A DNA stretch of 64,000 nt. It comes from a virus. The notes below the pieces were generated by a model. That model was given only the letters and a program-made list of their open reading frames with translations, was not told the origin of the DNA and did not search any database. How positions within the stretch are numbered: the first letter of the stretch is position 1; every line of letters starts with the position of its first letter. The translations under genes and the position numbers were made by a program. The stretch spans positions 1 through 64,000 of the IMG/VR virus record IMGVR_UViG_3300034152_001291; one strand, 5' to 3'. Shown one piece after another: positions 17,177 through 25,553 of the stretch.

Positions 17177-17556
17177 GATTTCTCCTCCAGGAGGCGACGA
17201 ATCACCTCTTCCTTGATGGCGTCGGCGTGGCAGGAGAGCGGCGCGCACCAGCACTCGAGCACGAGCCGGTCGTCCTGCTTGTAGATCTCGACGAGACGGG
17301 CGATCTCCTCGAGGAGCATCTTGTGGCGGGCCGTCTGGAGATTCGGGAGGAGCACCCGGGCCTCGGCCAGGTCCTTCCGGAACAGGTCGATCGCGCCCGT
17401 CCTTCCGTGGTTCTCGGGGTAGTGGGGGTTGCCCAGGCGGGACGGGCGCCCCACGTAGACCTTGAAGGGCTCGTCCTTGTAGAGGTTGTCCCGCGCGTTC
17501 ACGACGACGATGGTGTCGTTGAGGTACCGTTTCAGGGATTCTTTCTCGCCTTCCAT
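17140..17556 (-). CDS. DUF4326 domain protein
   Basis: VYVGRPSRLGNP...LECWCAPLSCHADAI. Confidence 0.8.
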   Translation of the reverse strand: MEGEKESLKRYLNDTIVVVNARDNLYKDEPFKVYVGRPSRLGNPHYPENHGRTGAIDLFRKDLAEARVLLPNLQTARHKMLLEEIARLVEIYKQDDRLVLECWCAPLSCHADAIKEEVIRRLLEEKSWSPVQSWPPSS

Positions 17557-18161
17557 GCCTCGTAGTTCCTCCTCTGGATCTCGGCCTCTTTCTCGCAGAG
17601 GGCCATCATCTCGTGGATGTCGTCCGGGAGGTGGACGAACAGGTTCTTGAGGACCCGGAGGGTCATGACGCAGTCGGCCTCGGTCCGGTGCGCCTCCTCT
17701 TCCGCCACGCCGAGCCGCTCCGCGACCTTCTCGAGCTTGTGGCGCCCCATTCCCTTCCAGTAGCGGCCGATCGAGTCGAACCGCACCACGGTCAGGGTGT
17801 CGAAGTGGGGCTTGGTCATGAGGACCCACTCCCACGCGTCGCCGATCTCTGCCGAGAGAAAGGAGGAGTCGAAGGGCCAATTGTAGGCCGTGAGCGTCGC
17901 GGCCCGGTTGGCGTAGTTGACGAAGTCTTCCGCGATGTCCTCGATCGAGGGGGCGTTCGCGACGTCGGCGTCGGTGATCCCGTGGATCTTCGACACCTCT
18001 TCGGGGATGTGGATGCCGGGGTTGATGAGGCGGCTGTGGCGCTTGACGATCTCCCCCTTGTAGAGGACGGCCACGCCGAGCTCGACGATCTTGTCCTCTC
18101 CCGGCGTGAGCCCCGTGGTCTCGACGTCGATCGCCATGATGGCTCTCTCTTTCCAGGTCAT
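17532..18161 (-). CDS. DEDDh 3'-5' exonuclease (DnaQ/epsilon-like)
   Basis: ExoI DVETTG, IHGIT, ExoII YNWPFD, ExoIII AHRTEADC. Confidence 0.9.
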   Translation of the reverse strand: MTWKERAIMAIDVETTGLTPGEDKIVELGVAVLYKGEIVKRHSRLINPGIHIPEEVSKIHGITDADVANAPSIEDIAEDFVNYANRAATLTAYNWPFDSSFLSAEIGDAWEWVLMTKPHFDTLTVVRFDSIGRYWKGMGRHKLEKVAERLGVAEEEAHRTEADCVMTLRVLKNLFVHLPDDIHEMMALCEKEAEIQRRNYEAWKARKNP

Positions 18162-18313
18162 GGGGTTCCTCCTTGACGGTGGTGATCTACTAAAAGAGAG
18201 GGATACGATCCCTCTCTCTCTCTCGTTTCAATCCTCCCTCCCGCCGACGACTTCTTTTTTTTTTTTCAGACAGCTCCGCTCAGGCCTATGTTACTCGATG
18301 ATCTGGGCCCCCT

Positions 18314-18514
18314 TCATCTCTTGGGCGCGCCGTGCGTGACCATGCGAGAGAACACGCGCTGCTCGCGGTCGGTCAGCGCCTTGCCTGCGGAGACCTTGGC
18401 CCGGATGCGGGCCTTCCTTCTCTTCTTTTTCGCCGTGGTTCTTCTTCCCGGGGCTCTCAGTCCGGAGCCCGTCCGCGGGCGGTCTTCCTTCTGGTTTGCG
18501 GGACGTATCGACAT
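18314..18514 (-). CDS. small basic protein
   Basis: AAAGGAG RBS; Lys/Arg rich; downstream of motif copy 4. Confidence 0.55.
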   Translation of the reverse strand: MSIRPANQKEDRPRTGSGLRAPGRRTTAKKKRRKARIRAKVSAGKALTDREQRVFSRMVTHGAPKR

Positions 18515-18600
18515 TTTCCGAGTCTCCTTTCGATCTCAAAAACCTCGATGACTTGGAAGGAGAACTGCACACAACGGGTGAGTCTCGCAGTTCTCACTTC

Positions 18601-18609
18601 TCTTATGAC
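18601..18609 (-). promoter_or_regulatory. GTCATAAGA motif copy 4
   Basis: Exact 9-mer; followed by hairpin 18560-18595. Confidence 0.65.
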
Positions 18610-18634
18610 CGATAAGGAAGGCTTTTTCGAGGCG

Positions 18635-18829
18635 TCAGTTCCGCTCCGGCCAGAGGTAGGGACAGAGCCCGTGGATGGGATCGCGGGAGTGGCAGAACGG
18701 CTTGTCGACGATGCAGCGGCACTGCTCGGGATCGAAGTCGGGGCAGATCCTTCTCGAGATCACCGTGTACCGCACGGTCCCGGGGCTTGCGATGACCAGC
18801 GTCTCCATTCTCTTCTTCAGCACGTCCAT
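18635..18829 (-). CDS. small Cys-rich protein
   Basis: ORF track; tiled. Confidence 0.5.
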   Translation of the reverse strand: MDVLKKRMETLVIASPGTVRYTVISRRICPDFDPEQCRCIVDKPFCHSRDPIHGLCPYLWPERN

Positions 18830-19530
18830 CAGTCAGGCAGGGGCACGAGGAGCCCCTTCTCGTTGTATCCGGTCTCCCGGATTCTCTTGCCGCCGCAGTC
18901 CTCCGTGTCCTTGAGATCACAGGTCTCGCAACGGTCGAGGCCCCAGATCTGGACCAGCCAGCACTCGTTGGAGAGACTCCTCTGTTTGATCGTTCTCGAC
19001 TGGACTCCCTCTCCCTGGCGCACGGTCCTTTTCTCCTCGAGCTGCGCCTTCGACCTGTGGAGGCCGGCGAGGATGTTCCCCTCGAGAAACTCCCTCCCGG
19101 TCGTTCCGATGCGGTTCACGACCCTGTCGAGGTAGCGGTCGACGGGGTCGTCAAAGTATGCGGGAGCCTCGGAGTCTCGCAAGCATTTCCTCTCGGCCGC
19201 CTTGAGGGTGGAAGCGAACCCTGTGGCGATCTGGATCGCCGTTCCGTGAAGGATCGCGCTCTCTACCCATACCTCGGAGTCCAGCTCGATCCCGGCCTCT
19301 TCGAGCCCCATGCAGGACACGACGCTCTTCTTCAGGTCCTCCGGGGCGATGGAGAGGTCGCAGACGAGAAGAAGATCCGCCACGACGTCGAACTTCTTGT
19401 TGCCGGTCATCTCCTCGATCTCGTCCTCTGCCATGTCCAGGCAGCTGACTCTGAGCGCCCACCAGTAGGGGTGCTCGCCGGCCTTTCTGATCCTCAGGAT
19501 CTCGTCGTCCCTAAGCGTTTTCCAGCTCAT
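18829..19530 (-). CDS. hypothetical protein
   Basis: ORF track; GAGGAGG RBS; C-terminal Cys cluster. Confidence 0.65.
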   Translation of the reverse strand: MSWKTLRDDEILRIRKAGEHPYWWALRVSCLDMAEDEIEEMTGNKKFDVVADLLLVCDLSIAPEDLKKSVVSCMGLEEAGIELDSEVWVESAILHGTAIQIATGFASTLKAAERKCLRDSEAPAYFDDPVDRYLDRVVNRIGTTGREFLEGNILAGLHRSKAQLEEKRTVRQGEGVQSRTIKQRSLSNECWLVQIWGLDRCETCDLKDTEDCGGKRIRETGYNEKGLLVPLPD

Positions 19531-19843
19531 CTGTCCTCCTCGCGGTCAGCTTCCCCGGGTAGTGCCCGATGATCACGGTGAGGCGTGTGTGCGCGATTGT
19601 CTCCGCGTCTTTCTTCGTGCGGGCTTGCACTCGGGTCTCGTTGCCCTCGTCGTCCGCCACCATCCAGTTGCGCATCCTGAGTCTCGACCGGACCTCTATG
19701 GGGCCGCGGATCGACCGCCCGCTGACGTTGCGGTGGGCCTTCCGCACCAGGTACTGCAACTCGTCCGAGATCAGGAAGATCTCGACTTCTTTCGGACTCA
19801 CTCCGAGGGATAGAACTGCGCTTTCGGGTAGCACAATCCTCAT
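19511..19843 (-). CDS. hypothetical protein, first gene of the leftward block
   Basis: GGAGG RBS; downstream of motif copy 5. Confidence 0.6.
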   Translation of the reverse strand: MRIVLPESAVLSLGVSPKEVEIFLISDELQYLVRKAHRNVSGRSIRGPIEVRSRLRMRNWMVADDEGNETRVQARTKKDAETIAHTRLTVIIGHYPGKLTARRTDELENA

Positions 19844-19901
19844 GGTGAGAGCCTCCAAAAACAAAATTTTAGTCCGGCAGCAAACCGGTTCCTTTCACTC
19901 A

Positions 19902-19910
19902 TCTTATGAC
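19902..19910 (-). promoter_or_regulatory. GTCATAAGA motif copy 5
   Basis: Exact 9-mer at the divergent strand switch. Confidence 0.7.
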
Positions 19911-19960
19911 ACCGGAGGGAAGGGTTTTGGACCGTTCCTCGCCGACCTAAAATAAGAAAA

Positions 19961-19996
19961 CATGCTTGCATGATTGCAGGCCCGAAAGTAGGATCG
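19961..19996 (+). promoter_or_regulatory. sigma70-like promoter TTGCAT-N17-TAGGAT
   Basis: CATGCTTGCAT-N17-TAGGATCG, twin of 1079-1114. Confidence 0.55.
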
Positions 19997-20023
19997 TTTC
20001 AGACCCTTTTCGAGGAAAGAGAT

Positions 20024-20425
20024 ATGAAATCGAAGATCCTCAACCTCGCGATCCTGATCTGGCTCACGGGCTGTTCCGCGGGCATCGTCCTCCTGGCGCT
20101 CGGCGTGAAGATTTTCGACGAGCCCACCGAGATGACCTTCGTCCGCCCGGAGGAGGGCCCCGACTTCATGCCCCTGGCCCGGACGATCGTCGCTGGGCGG
20201 GACAAGAGCATTCCCTGGGACGAGGTCGCAGCGGTCTGGCGCTATGAGACCCCCGTCGAGGTTGTCATACTCGCGAAGCACAAGAAGCTCATCTACCCCC
20301 TGATCATTTACGTGAAGAGGTACAACACGGGATGGCTGCCTACTTACGTGCAGACGGGGAAGTATCAGGACGAAGGATACTCGGTGAACCCTCTGTACGC
20401 GCTGACGATCGTGGAGGGAGACTGA
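20024..20425 (+). CDS. membrane-anchored hypothetical protein
   Basis: N-terminal hydrophobic helix; GAGG RBS. Confidence 0.6.
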   Translation: MKSKILNLAILIWLTGCSAGIVLLALGVKIFDEPTEMTFVRPEEGPDFMPLARTIVAGRDKSIPWDEVAAVWRYETPVEVVILAKHKKLIYPLIIYVKRYNTGWLPTYVQTGKYQDEGYSVNPLYALTIVEGD

Positions 20426-20682
20426 TGGAGAGAGTCTACGCCGGAGGGGGCGTGGAGGTGACGCCGTGGATGTGCGGGCCGCCTCCCGCGATCGGGCAAA
20501 AGCAGCAGTTCCCGAGGCGGTTCATCTACAACCTCAAGAAGAACTACCCTCTCGAGGACAAGAGAGTCCTGTCCATGTTCAGCGGAGCCTCGGACATCGG
20601 CGTGACCCTGGACTTCCGGTCCGAGACGCATGCCGACTTCAAGGAGAAGTTCGACCAGACTGGTTTGAGGGCGGAAGTGTGA
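20425..20682 (+). CDS. short protein resembling the N-terminal half of a SAM-dependent DNA methyltransferase
   Basis: RVLSMFSG (motif I-like)...LDFRSE; ends before any DPPY-like motif. Confidence 0.4.
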   Translation: MERVYAGGGVEVTPWMCGPPPAIGQKQQFPRRFIYNLKKNYPLEDKRVLSMFSGASDIGVTLDFRSETHADFKEKFDQTGLRAEV

Positions 20683-21155
20683 TCATTGCGAAGAGACATC
20701 TGACGAGTCCGAGGGACTTTGACGACTTTCTTCTCGCTCTGAATCGGGAGGGTCACTACCTGAGTCCGGGGAGTGAGGTTCCGAGGGGGTACCCCTGCGT
20801 GTGCACGGCCGTGGAATTTCCGTCCCCGCCGTTCACTGCCGCGGTCTACCTCACGTATCCCAACGACTTCTCTTCCAAGTTCAATTCTCTCTACGAGGAG
20901 AGGAACAGGATCGTGGCTCTCGTGGTCTTTCTTGCTCGGCGGCAGGGGTACAAGACCGGGTGCAAAAAGGACCCCGAGGACCCGGAGTACCCGATCGTGT
21001 TCATCGATCTTCCGTGCGGGCAGGTATCCTGGCGCGTTCACGGCTCCGACCTGCGGTACTTCCCGAGCCTCGGGCCATACCCGAAGGAGTGGGACAAGCA
21101 CACGAGCCGGGAGAAGTACGACCGCATCCTGCGCATGGTCAGGGGATTGCTCTGA
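20679..21155 (+). CDS. hypothetical phage protein (IDLPCGQVSW...WDKHT)
   Basis: GTGA overlap with upstream stop; WDGH-like motif. Confidence 0.65.
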   Translation: MIIAKRHLTSPRDFDDFLLALNREGHYLSPGSEVPRGYPCVCTAVEFPSPPFTAAVYLTYPNDFSSKFNSLYEERNRIVALVVFLARRQGYKTGCKKDPEDPEYPIVFIDLPCGQVSWRVHGSDLRYFPSLGPYPKEWDKHTSREKYDRILRMVRGLL

Positions 21156-21174
21156 GGCTCCATTTTTGTACACT
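21147..21174 (+). promoter_or_regulatory. sigma70-like promoter TTGCTC-N16-TACACT
   Basis: Upstream of 21205; same 16-nt spacing as three other sites. Confidence 0.5.
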
Positions 21175-21204
21175 CCTTACGGGAACAGTCCGTGAGGTGT
21201 GGCG

Positions 21205-21426
21205 ATGACTTCCAAGAGCAGATTCGACCAGGGATTCGAGGAGGAGCTGGAGAAGATCTCCATCTTCGGCCTTCCCGGTCGGGGAGGCGTGTCGCCCCGG
21301 AACGTGAAGGACATCGAGGTGAAGAAGCAGGGCGGTTCTTTCACCCTCGTCTATGTCATGACGGACGGGACCCGTCGGGAGATCAAAAACGCGCAGAACC
21401 TGGTATCAGGTTCCATGCAGGCCTGA
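21205..21426 (+). CDS. small putative virion protein with GFEEELEKIS leader
   Basis: GAGGTG RBS; shared leader motif. Confidence 0.65.
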   Translation: MTSKSRFDQGFEEELEKISIFGLPGRGGVSPRNVKDIEVKKQGGSFTLVYVMTDGTRREIKNAQNLVSGSMQA

Positions 21427-21446
21427 GACGCCAGTGTTCCCCTTCC

Positions 21447-21489
21447 GAAAAGGGCGCGCCAGTAGCGAGAGCGAAGACGCGCCCTTTTC
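21447..21489. terminator. hairpin, possible bidirectional terminator
   Basis: GAAAAGGGCGCG/CGCGCCCTTTTC inverted repeat. Confidence 0.45.
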
Positions 21490-21495
21490 TACAGG

Positions 21496-21523
21496 TTGGC
21501 TTCCCCGAAAAGGTCCGTATACT
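21496..21523 (+). promoter_or_regulatory. sigma70-like promoter TTGGCT-N16-TATACT
   Basis: Upstream of 21564. Confidence 0.55.
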
Positions 21524-21563
21524 ATTTGGAAAATCCGTGGTTCCCTGATTTCCAGGAGGACAG

Positions 21564-21974
21564 ATGTTCAACGAACGCATGGCCTTCTCCATGATGCGGG
21601 AGCTGGAGAAGATCGGGATGTGCGGGCCGGGGCACGTGTCAGGGAAGAAGAAGGAGATGGCCAAGAAGGCCTCCATCTTCGACACCGTCCTCGAGAAGAT
21701 CTCCGAGACCGAGACCTCCGAGATCGGGGGAAAGAAGATCAAGGAGAAGGAGGGGAAGCTGACCGAGGACCTCGGCAAGCCCCCATCCGAGGCCAGCGAG
21801 GAGGAGCTGAAGCGCTACATCGAGTCCGGCGGCACCGAGGAGGAGCGCCGCAAGCGCCTCGCTCGGGTCAACCTGGCCCGGGCCCACATGAAGGGCGTCA
21901 AGGCCCAGCACGGGCACGGCCCGAACATGCCGGACGTCGAGGGAGTGGACATCGAGAAGAGCAAAAAGGACTGA
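21564..21974 (+). CDS. putative virion protein with RELEKIG leader
   Basis: AGGAGG RBS; ELEKIG, AKKAS, LEKIS. Confidence 0.7.
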   Translation: MFNERMAFSMMRELEKIGMCGPGHVSGKKKEMAKKASIFDTVLEKISETETSEIGGKKIKEKEGKLTEDLGKPPSEASEEELKRYIESGGTEEERRKRLARVNLARAHMKGVKAQHGHGPNMPDVEGVDIEKSKKD

Positions 21975-21980
21975 CGCGGC

Positions 21981-22352
21981 ATGATCGAGCGCGCCCTCGA
22001 AACTTCCGGATTCAGCGAGGAGATGACCAAGATCTCCCGGTCGCTGAAGGGAAAGGCCAGGGCGGCCGTCATGAGGGCGCTCGCGTCTCTCAGGAAACGG
22101 AAGGGAGGAATCGCCGGGGCCGGGGCCTCCTATCTCGCCACGATGGGTCTGGCGCCTCTGCTGGGATACGGGGCCGGTTCTCTTCTGGCGCCCGGGTCCT
22201 TGCAGAAATCCCGGGAGGAGGTCAAGAAGCCCGAGAGCGTGATCCTTCACTCGATCATGCCCGGCTACAGCGAGTATCTCTACGGGCGAAAGGCCAGGGC
22301 CCGTGAGAAGCTGAGGGAGCACACTCGGAAACGAAACCCGGAGAAGAAGTGA
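21981..22352 (+). CDS. putative virion protein with GFSEEMTKIS leader and Gly-rich hydrophobic segment
   Basis: ORF track; shared leader. Confidence 0.7.
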   Translation: MIERALETSGFSEEMTKISRSLKGKARAAVMRALASLRKRKGGIAGAGASYLATMGLAPLLGYGAGSLLAPGSLQKSREEVKKPESVILHSIMPGYSEYLYGRKARAREKLREHTRKRNPEKK

Positions 22353-22918
22353 TGAAAGAGAAGATACTCGCTTTCTTCAAGAAGAATCCGAAGCCCAGCG
22401 ACGAGGAGTTTCATCGGTAGGCGCAGAGCCAGGGAATCGATCCCGAGAAGGCGGAGGAGGCCGCGTACAGTCTCCTGTCGAAGCGCGTCGGAAAGGAGCC
22501 CTCGAACATGGAAAAGAAAGCGACGGACCTGTTCTTCAGCTCATTCGCCTCCGAGCTGTCTTCCATCTTCAAGGAGGGCGCAACGGGCGCGGAGATCAAG
22601 GCGAAGATTCAGTCGTCGAAGGGCGACACGGGCCCTCCGGGGAAGGGGCTCGAAGATCCCCGGGTCGAGAAGAAGCAGCAGGCGCTCCAGAAGGCAGAAC
22701 GCTCGGTCGACCGGATGCCGGACCTGCCGGGAAAGGGCCTGAAGGATCCCCGCCCGGCCGCCATGCGCCAGGTCGTGAAAGGCGTCAAGACCGGCCTCTC
22801 GAAGACGAGTGAGGTCCGGAAAGAAGGGTCGGGTCTGAGAGGGCTCATGTCCAAGGCTTCGCCCAGGGCCCGGGATTTCATCAAGGCCCTGGCGGAGAAG
22901 ACGAAACGGAAAGTTTGA
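22352..22918 (+). pseudogene. putative virion protein gene with in-frame TAG at 22418-22420 (or a shorter CDS from 22508)
   Basis: ATG overlaps upstream TGA; MKEKILAFFKKNPKPSDEEFHR*AQSQGIDPEKAEEAAYSLL continues in frame into ORF 22508..22918. Confidence 0.6.
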
Positions 22919-22927
22919 GGAGGCCCG

Positions 22928-23191
22928 ATGAACTCTTTCGAGATGGGTTTCCTGAAGGGAGCCCTGGAACTGGAGAAGACGGCGGCGATGCCTCCGGCAG
23001 CCAAGAAGGCGGCGGAGGCGGCGAGAGCCGCAGCGACCAAAGCCGCCGGCGGAGCGGCCAAGGCCGGAGCGGGCGCCGCGAAGGCGGCACCCGAGGCCGT
23101 GAAGAAGCTCATCGAGATGGCCAAGAGACACCCGTTCCTCGCCGGGGGTCTGGGGGGCTATCTCCTCGGAAAATCGAGCTCGAACTCGTAG
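22928..23191 (+). CDS. Ala/Lys-rich small protein with ELEKTA leader and C-terminal glycine zipper
   Basis: GAGGAGG RBS; GFLKGALELEKTAA; LAGGLGGYLLG. Confidence 0.75.
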   Translation: MNSFEMGFLKGALELEKTAAMPPAAKKAAEAARAAATKAAGGAAKAGAGAAKAAPEAVKKLIEMAKRHPFLAGGLGGYLLGKSSSNS

Positions 23192-23218
23192 GAACCCAGC
23201 GTTGAAGGAGTCTCCACC

Positions 23219-24289
23219 ATGGAGAGCAGAAACGCCCTGTTGGACTTCTCGAACCTGGCCCTCAGCGGGTGCGAGGTTCTCTCCTATCTGGAGCCCGAGA
23301 CCGAGGGGATTCCCGCGGCGATCGGCACCAAACCCGATCCCTACGATCCCTTCGACGACGCGACGATCGACACCAGCAAGTGGGCGGTCACGGGCACGGT
23401 CACCGAGCAGGCATTCCTCGGCGTGGACGGCCTGACGATCACGGGTCCCGCCACGCCGGGGTACGATCAGGCCGGGGTGATCTACAAGCCCGCGATCACG
23501 GCGGCCGTCGGAAAGACCGTGCTGTCCCGGTACATCATGAGCCACCCCACGGAGTTCGCGGTCGCCCTCCAGGAGTACGCCTTCACGGTCGACAGCGTGG
23601 TCACGCCGACCACCTGGACCCTGAAGTACCTGACGGCGCCCCAGGACCTCCGGAATTCGATGGGCCTGATCTTCACCCTCTCGGGACTCTTCTTCTTCGA
23701 GGGAGGGGACGCTGGAAACAAGGAGCTCCTCCTGCGGGTCCCGTCCCGGGTGAGCAGGCTCGGCGAGATCAACCCTATCCAGGCGGCTTTCGTCTTCACG
23801 GCCTCCGGGTTCGACATCTACGTCCATCTCCCGGGGTACTGGGACCAGTTCCAGCTCGTGAAGAGCTACGCGCGCCCCGGAGGCTCCCACGCCTCGGACG
23901 GATACTCCCTCTGCGTCAACGCATGGACCGCCGACGACGATCTCCACTTCTACGACCCGGCGAGCTCCTTCAAGTCCAACACCGAGGTCCTGGGGGCCAG
24001 GATCCTGGCGGCCTCGGAGCAGGATCAGGTCGTGATCGGTTCCATGAGCGTCCTGAACGAGATCGGGACGCAGATCGGAGGCCTGGGGTCCGTGGGTGTC
24101 CGGATTCCGGACTACTCCTCGAGTCTTCTCACCCTCGAGGACCTCGCCCAGGTCACCGAGAAGCTGACCGGCAAGAACGTCTACGAGGTCGAGTTCGTCC
24201 TCACGGGAGACGCGGTCCTGAAGTACCCGGTTCGGGTCACGATCGAGGACCAGGCGCTGCCCCTTGAGACGGACGTGACACCTTCCTGA
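23219..24289 (+). CDS. putative structural protein (acidic, beta-rich)
   Basis: AAGGAG RBS; DPFDDATIDTSKW. Confidence 0.7.
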   Translation: MESRNALLDFSNLALSGCEVLSYLEPETEGIPAAIGTKPDPYDPFDDATIDTSKWAVTGTVTEQAFLGVDGLTITGPATPGYDQAGVIYKPAITAAVGKTVLSRYIMSHPTEFAVALQEYAFTVDSVVTPTTWTLKYLTAPQDLRNSMGLIFTLSGLFFFEGGDAGNKELLLRVPSRVSRLGEINPIQAAFVFTASGFDIYVHLPGYWDQFQLVKSYARPGGSHASDGYSLCVNAWTADDDLHFYDPASSFKSNTEVLGARILAASEQDQVVIGSMSVLNEIGTQIGGLGSVGVRIPDYSSSLLTLEDLAQVTEKLTGKNVYEVEFVLTGDAVLKYPVRVTIEDQALPLETDVTPS

Positions 24290-24296
24290 GGCTGCG

Positions 24297-24746
24297 ATGA
24301 AGCGGACAGTACCGAGAACGGGCACAGCAGGCCCTGAGGGGCCCAGAAAGCGGTTCGACGAGGCTTTCGTTCGGGAGCTCGCCAAGATCGGCGCAGGCGT
24401 GCACTGGAGCCCTCTATCGAAGGCCCAGAAGGCCTCGACGGTTAGAGCCGGGTTCAAGCCTGTTCCCAGGCGCACCGAGTCCGGTGTCCCTTTCATGAGC
24501 TCCAAGCCGGTCCATAGCGTCCCCTCCGAGGCTCAGGTCCAGCGGACGGCCCAGAAGATGAAACGCTTGCCCCAGATAGGCCCCAACCCTCTCCTCTCCA
24601 AGACGGGTGCCGAGAACAGGCGGGCGGGGATGTCCCGGGAGGAGATCGAGAAGGCCAGGAAGAGGGCCAAGTATGCCTCCATCGCCAAACGACGGAAGCT
24701 CCAGGAAATGCTCGGTCGCTTGGACCGGACCTCCGGGTCCAAATAG
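24297..24746 (+). CDS. basic putative virion protein with AFVRELAKIG motif
   Basis: ORF track; shared leader. Confidence 0.65.
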   Translation: MKRTVPRTGTAGPEGPRKRFDEAFVRELAKIGAGVHWSPLSKAQKASTVRAGFKPVPRRTESGVPFMSSKPVHSVPSEAQVQRTAQKMKRLPQIGPNPLLSKTGAENRRAGMSREEIEKARKRAKYASIAKRRKLQEMLGRLDRTSGSK

Positions 24747-24755
24747 GTTCGACGT

Positions 24756-25553
24756 GTGGACTCCAAAGACCCCATCGCCCGAGGATTCGAGGGAGAGCTG
24801 AGAAAGATCGCTCTCGACGTGGGGGCTATGGCTGGCCCCGCCAAGCGGATCCTCTCCAGTCCCGGAGTCCAGGCAGCGGCTGTCCCCGCGGTGGCCGGTG
24901 TCGGTTTGGGCGTCCTCAGTCTCTACGACCTCCTCAAGGCCCGTGGGCTGACCCGGGAGCCGATCACGAGCGAGGAACTCCAAGGGATCGGGCCGGGCCG
25001 GAAACAGGTGGACGCGGAGAAGTACATCAAGGAGATGGAGAAGGCTCACCCCACCGAGCGCCCCCTGGTGCCCGTGACGTCCTCCAGGGACGTTTCCAAG
25101 ATGGTCCGCGACCCCTCGGCCAAAAATCCACTCCTGAAGGTCGTCCTGAAGACGAAGGCCAAGAAGGTCCACAAGGACAAGTCGAACGCTTTCATGTTTC
25201 CCGGCAAGGAGAAGGACTACATCGTTGTCCCCGAGAAGGTCAACCCTCGGGTGGTGGAGCACGAGGTGGGTCACGCCTGGGACATCGAGGGGAAGCCCGA
25301 GAAGGGCCTTCTCCACCGCCTGCATCTGGCCCTCGGAAAGCTCTGGAAGCCGGCCTACCAGAAGACGAAGATGGAGCCCGAGGAGCGCGCTTGGGAGGCG
25401 GCCAAGAAGACGCCCAGCCGGGAGAGGGCGCTCAAGAGCTATGAGGCGGCCTTCCACAAGAGCCGGGGACGTCTGGCAGGCCGGATCGCCATACCTGTGG
25501 CCCTCAGGGCTCTCCTCGCCGGTCTCGGAGCAGGAATGGGGGCCTCGCCATGA
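24756..25553 (+). CDS. putative zincin metallopeptidase with GFEGELRKIA leader
   Basis: HEVGH (HExxH) plus downstream EPEERAW; hydrophobic N- and C-terminal segments. Confidence 0.65.
   Translation: MDSKDPIARGFEGELRKIALDVGAMAGPAKRILSSPGVQAAAVPAVAGVGLGVLSLYDLLKARGLTREPITSEELQGIGPGRKQVDAEKYIKEMEKAHPTERPLVPVTSSRDVSKMVRDPSAKNPLLKVVLKTKAKKVHKDKSNAFMFPGKEKDYIVVPEKVNPRVVEHEVGHAWDIEGKPEKGLLHRLHLALGKLWKPAYQKTKMEPEERAWEAAKKTPSRERALKSYEAAFHKSRGRLAGRIAIPVALRALLAGLGAGMGASP

Noticed and set aside
18181-18270. GTTTCAATCC next to (CT)n and T12, resembling the start of a CRISPR repeat
   Set aside because: Single copy, no spacers or cas genes; better explained as a hairpin/low-complexity intergenic tract
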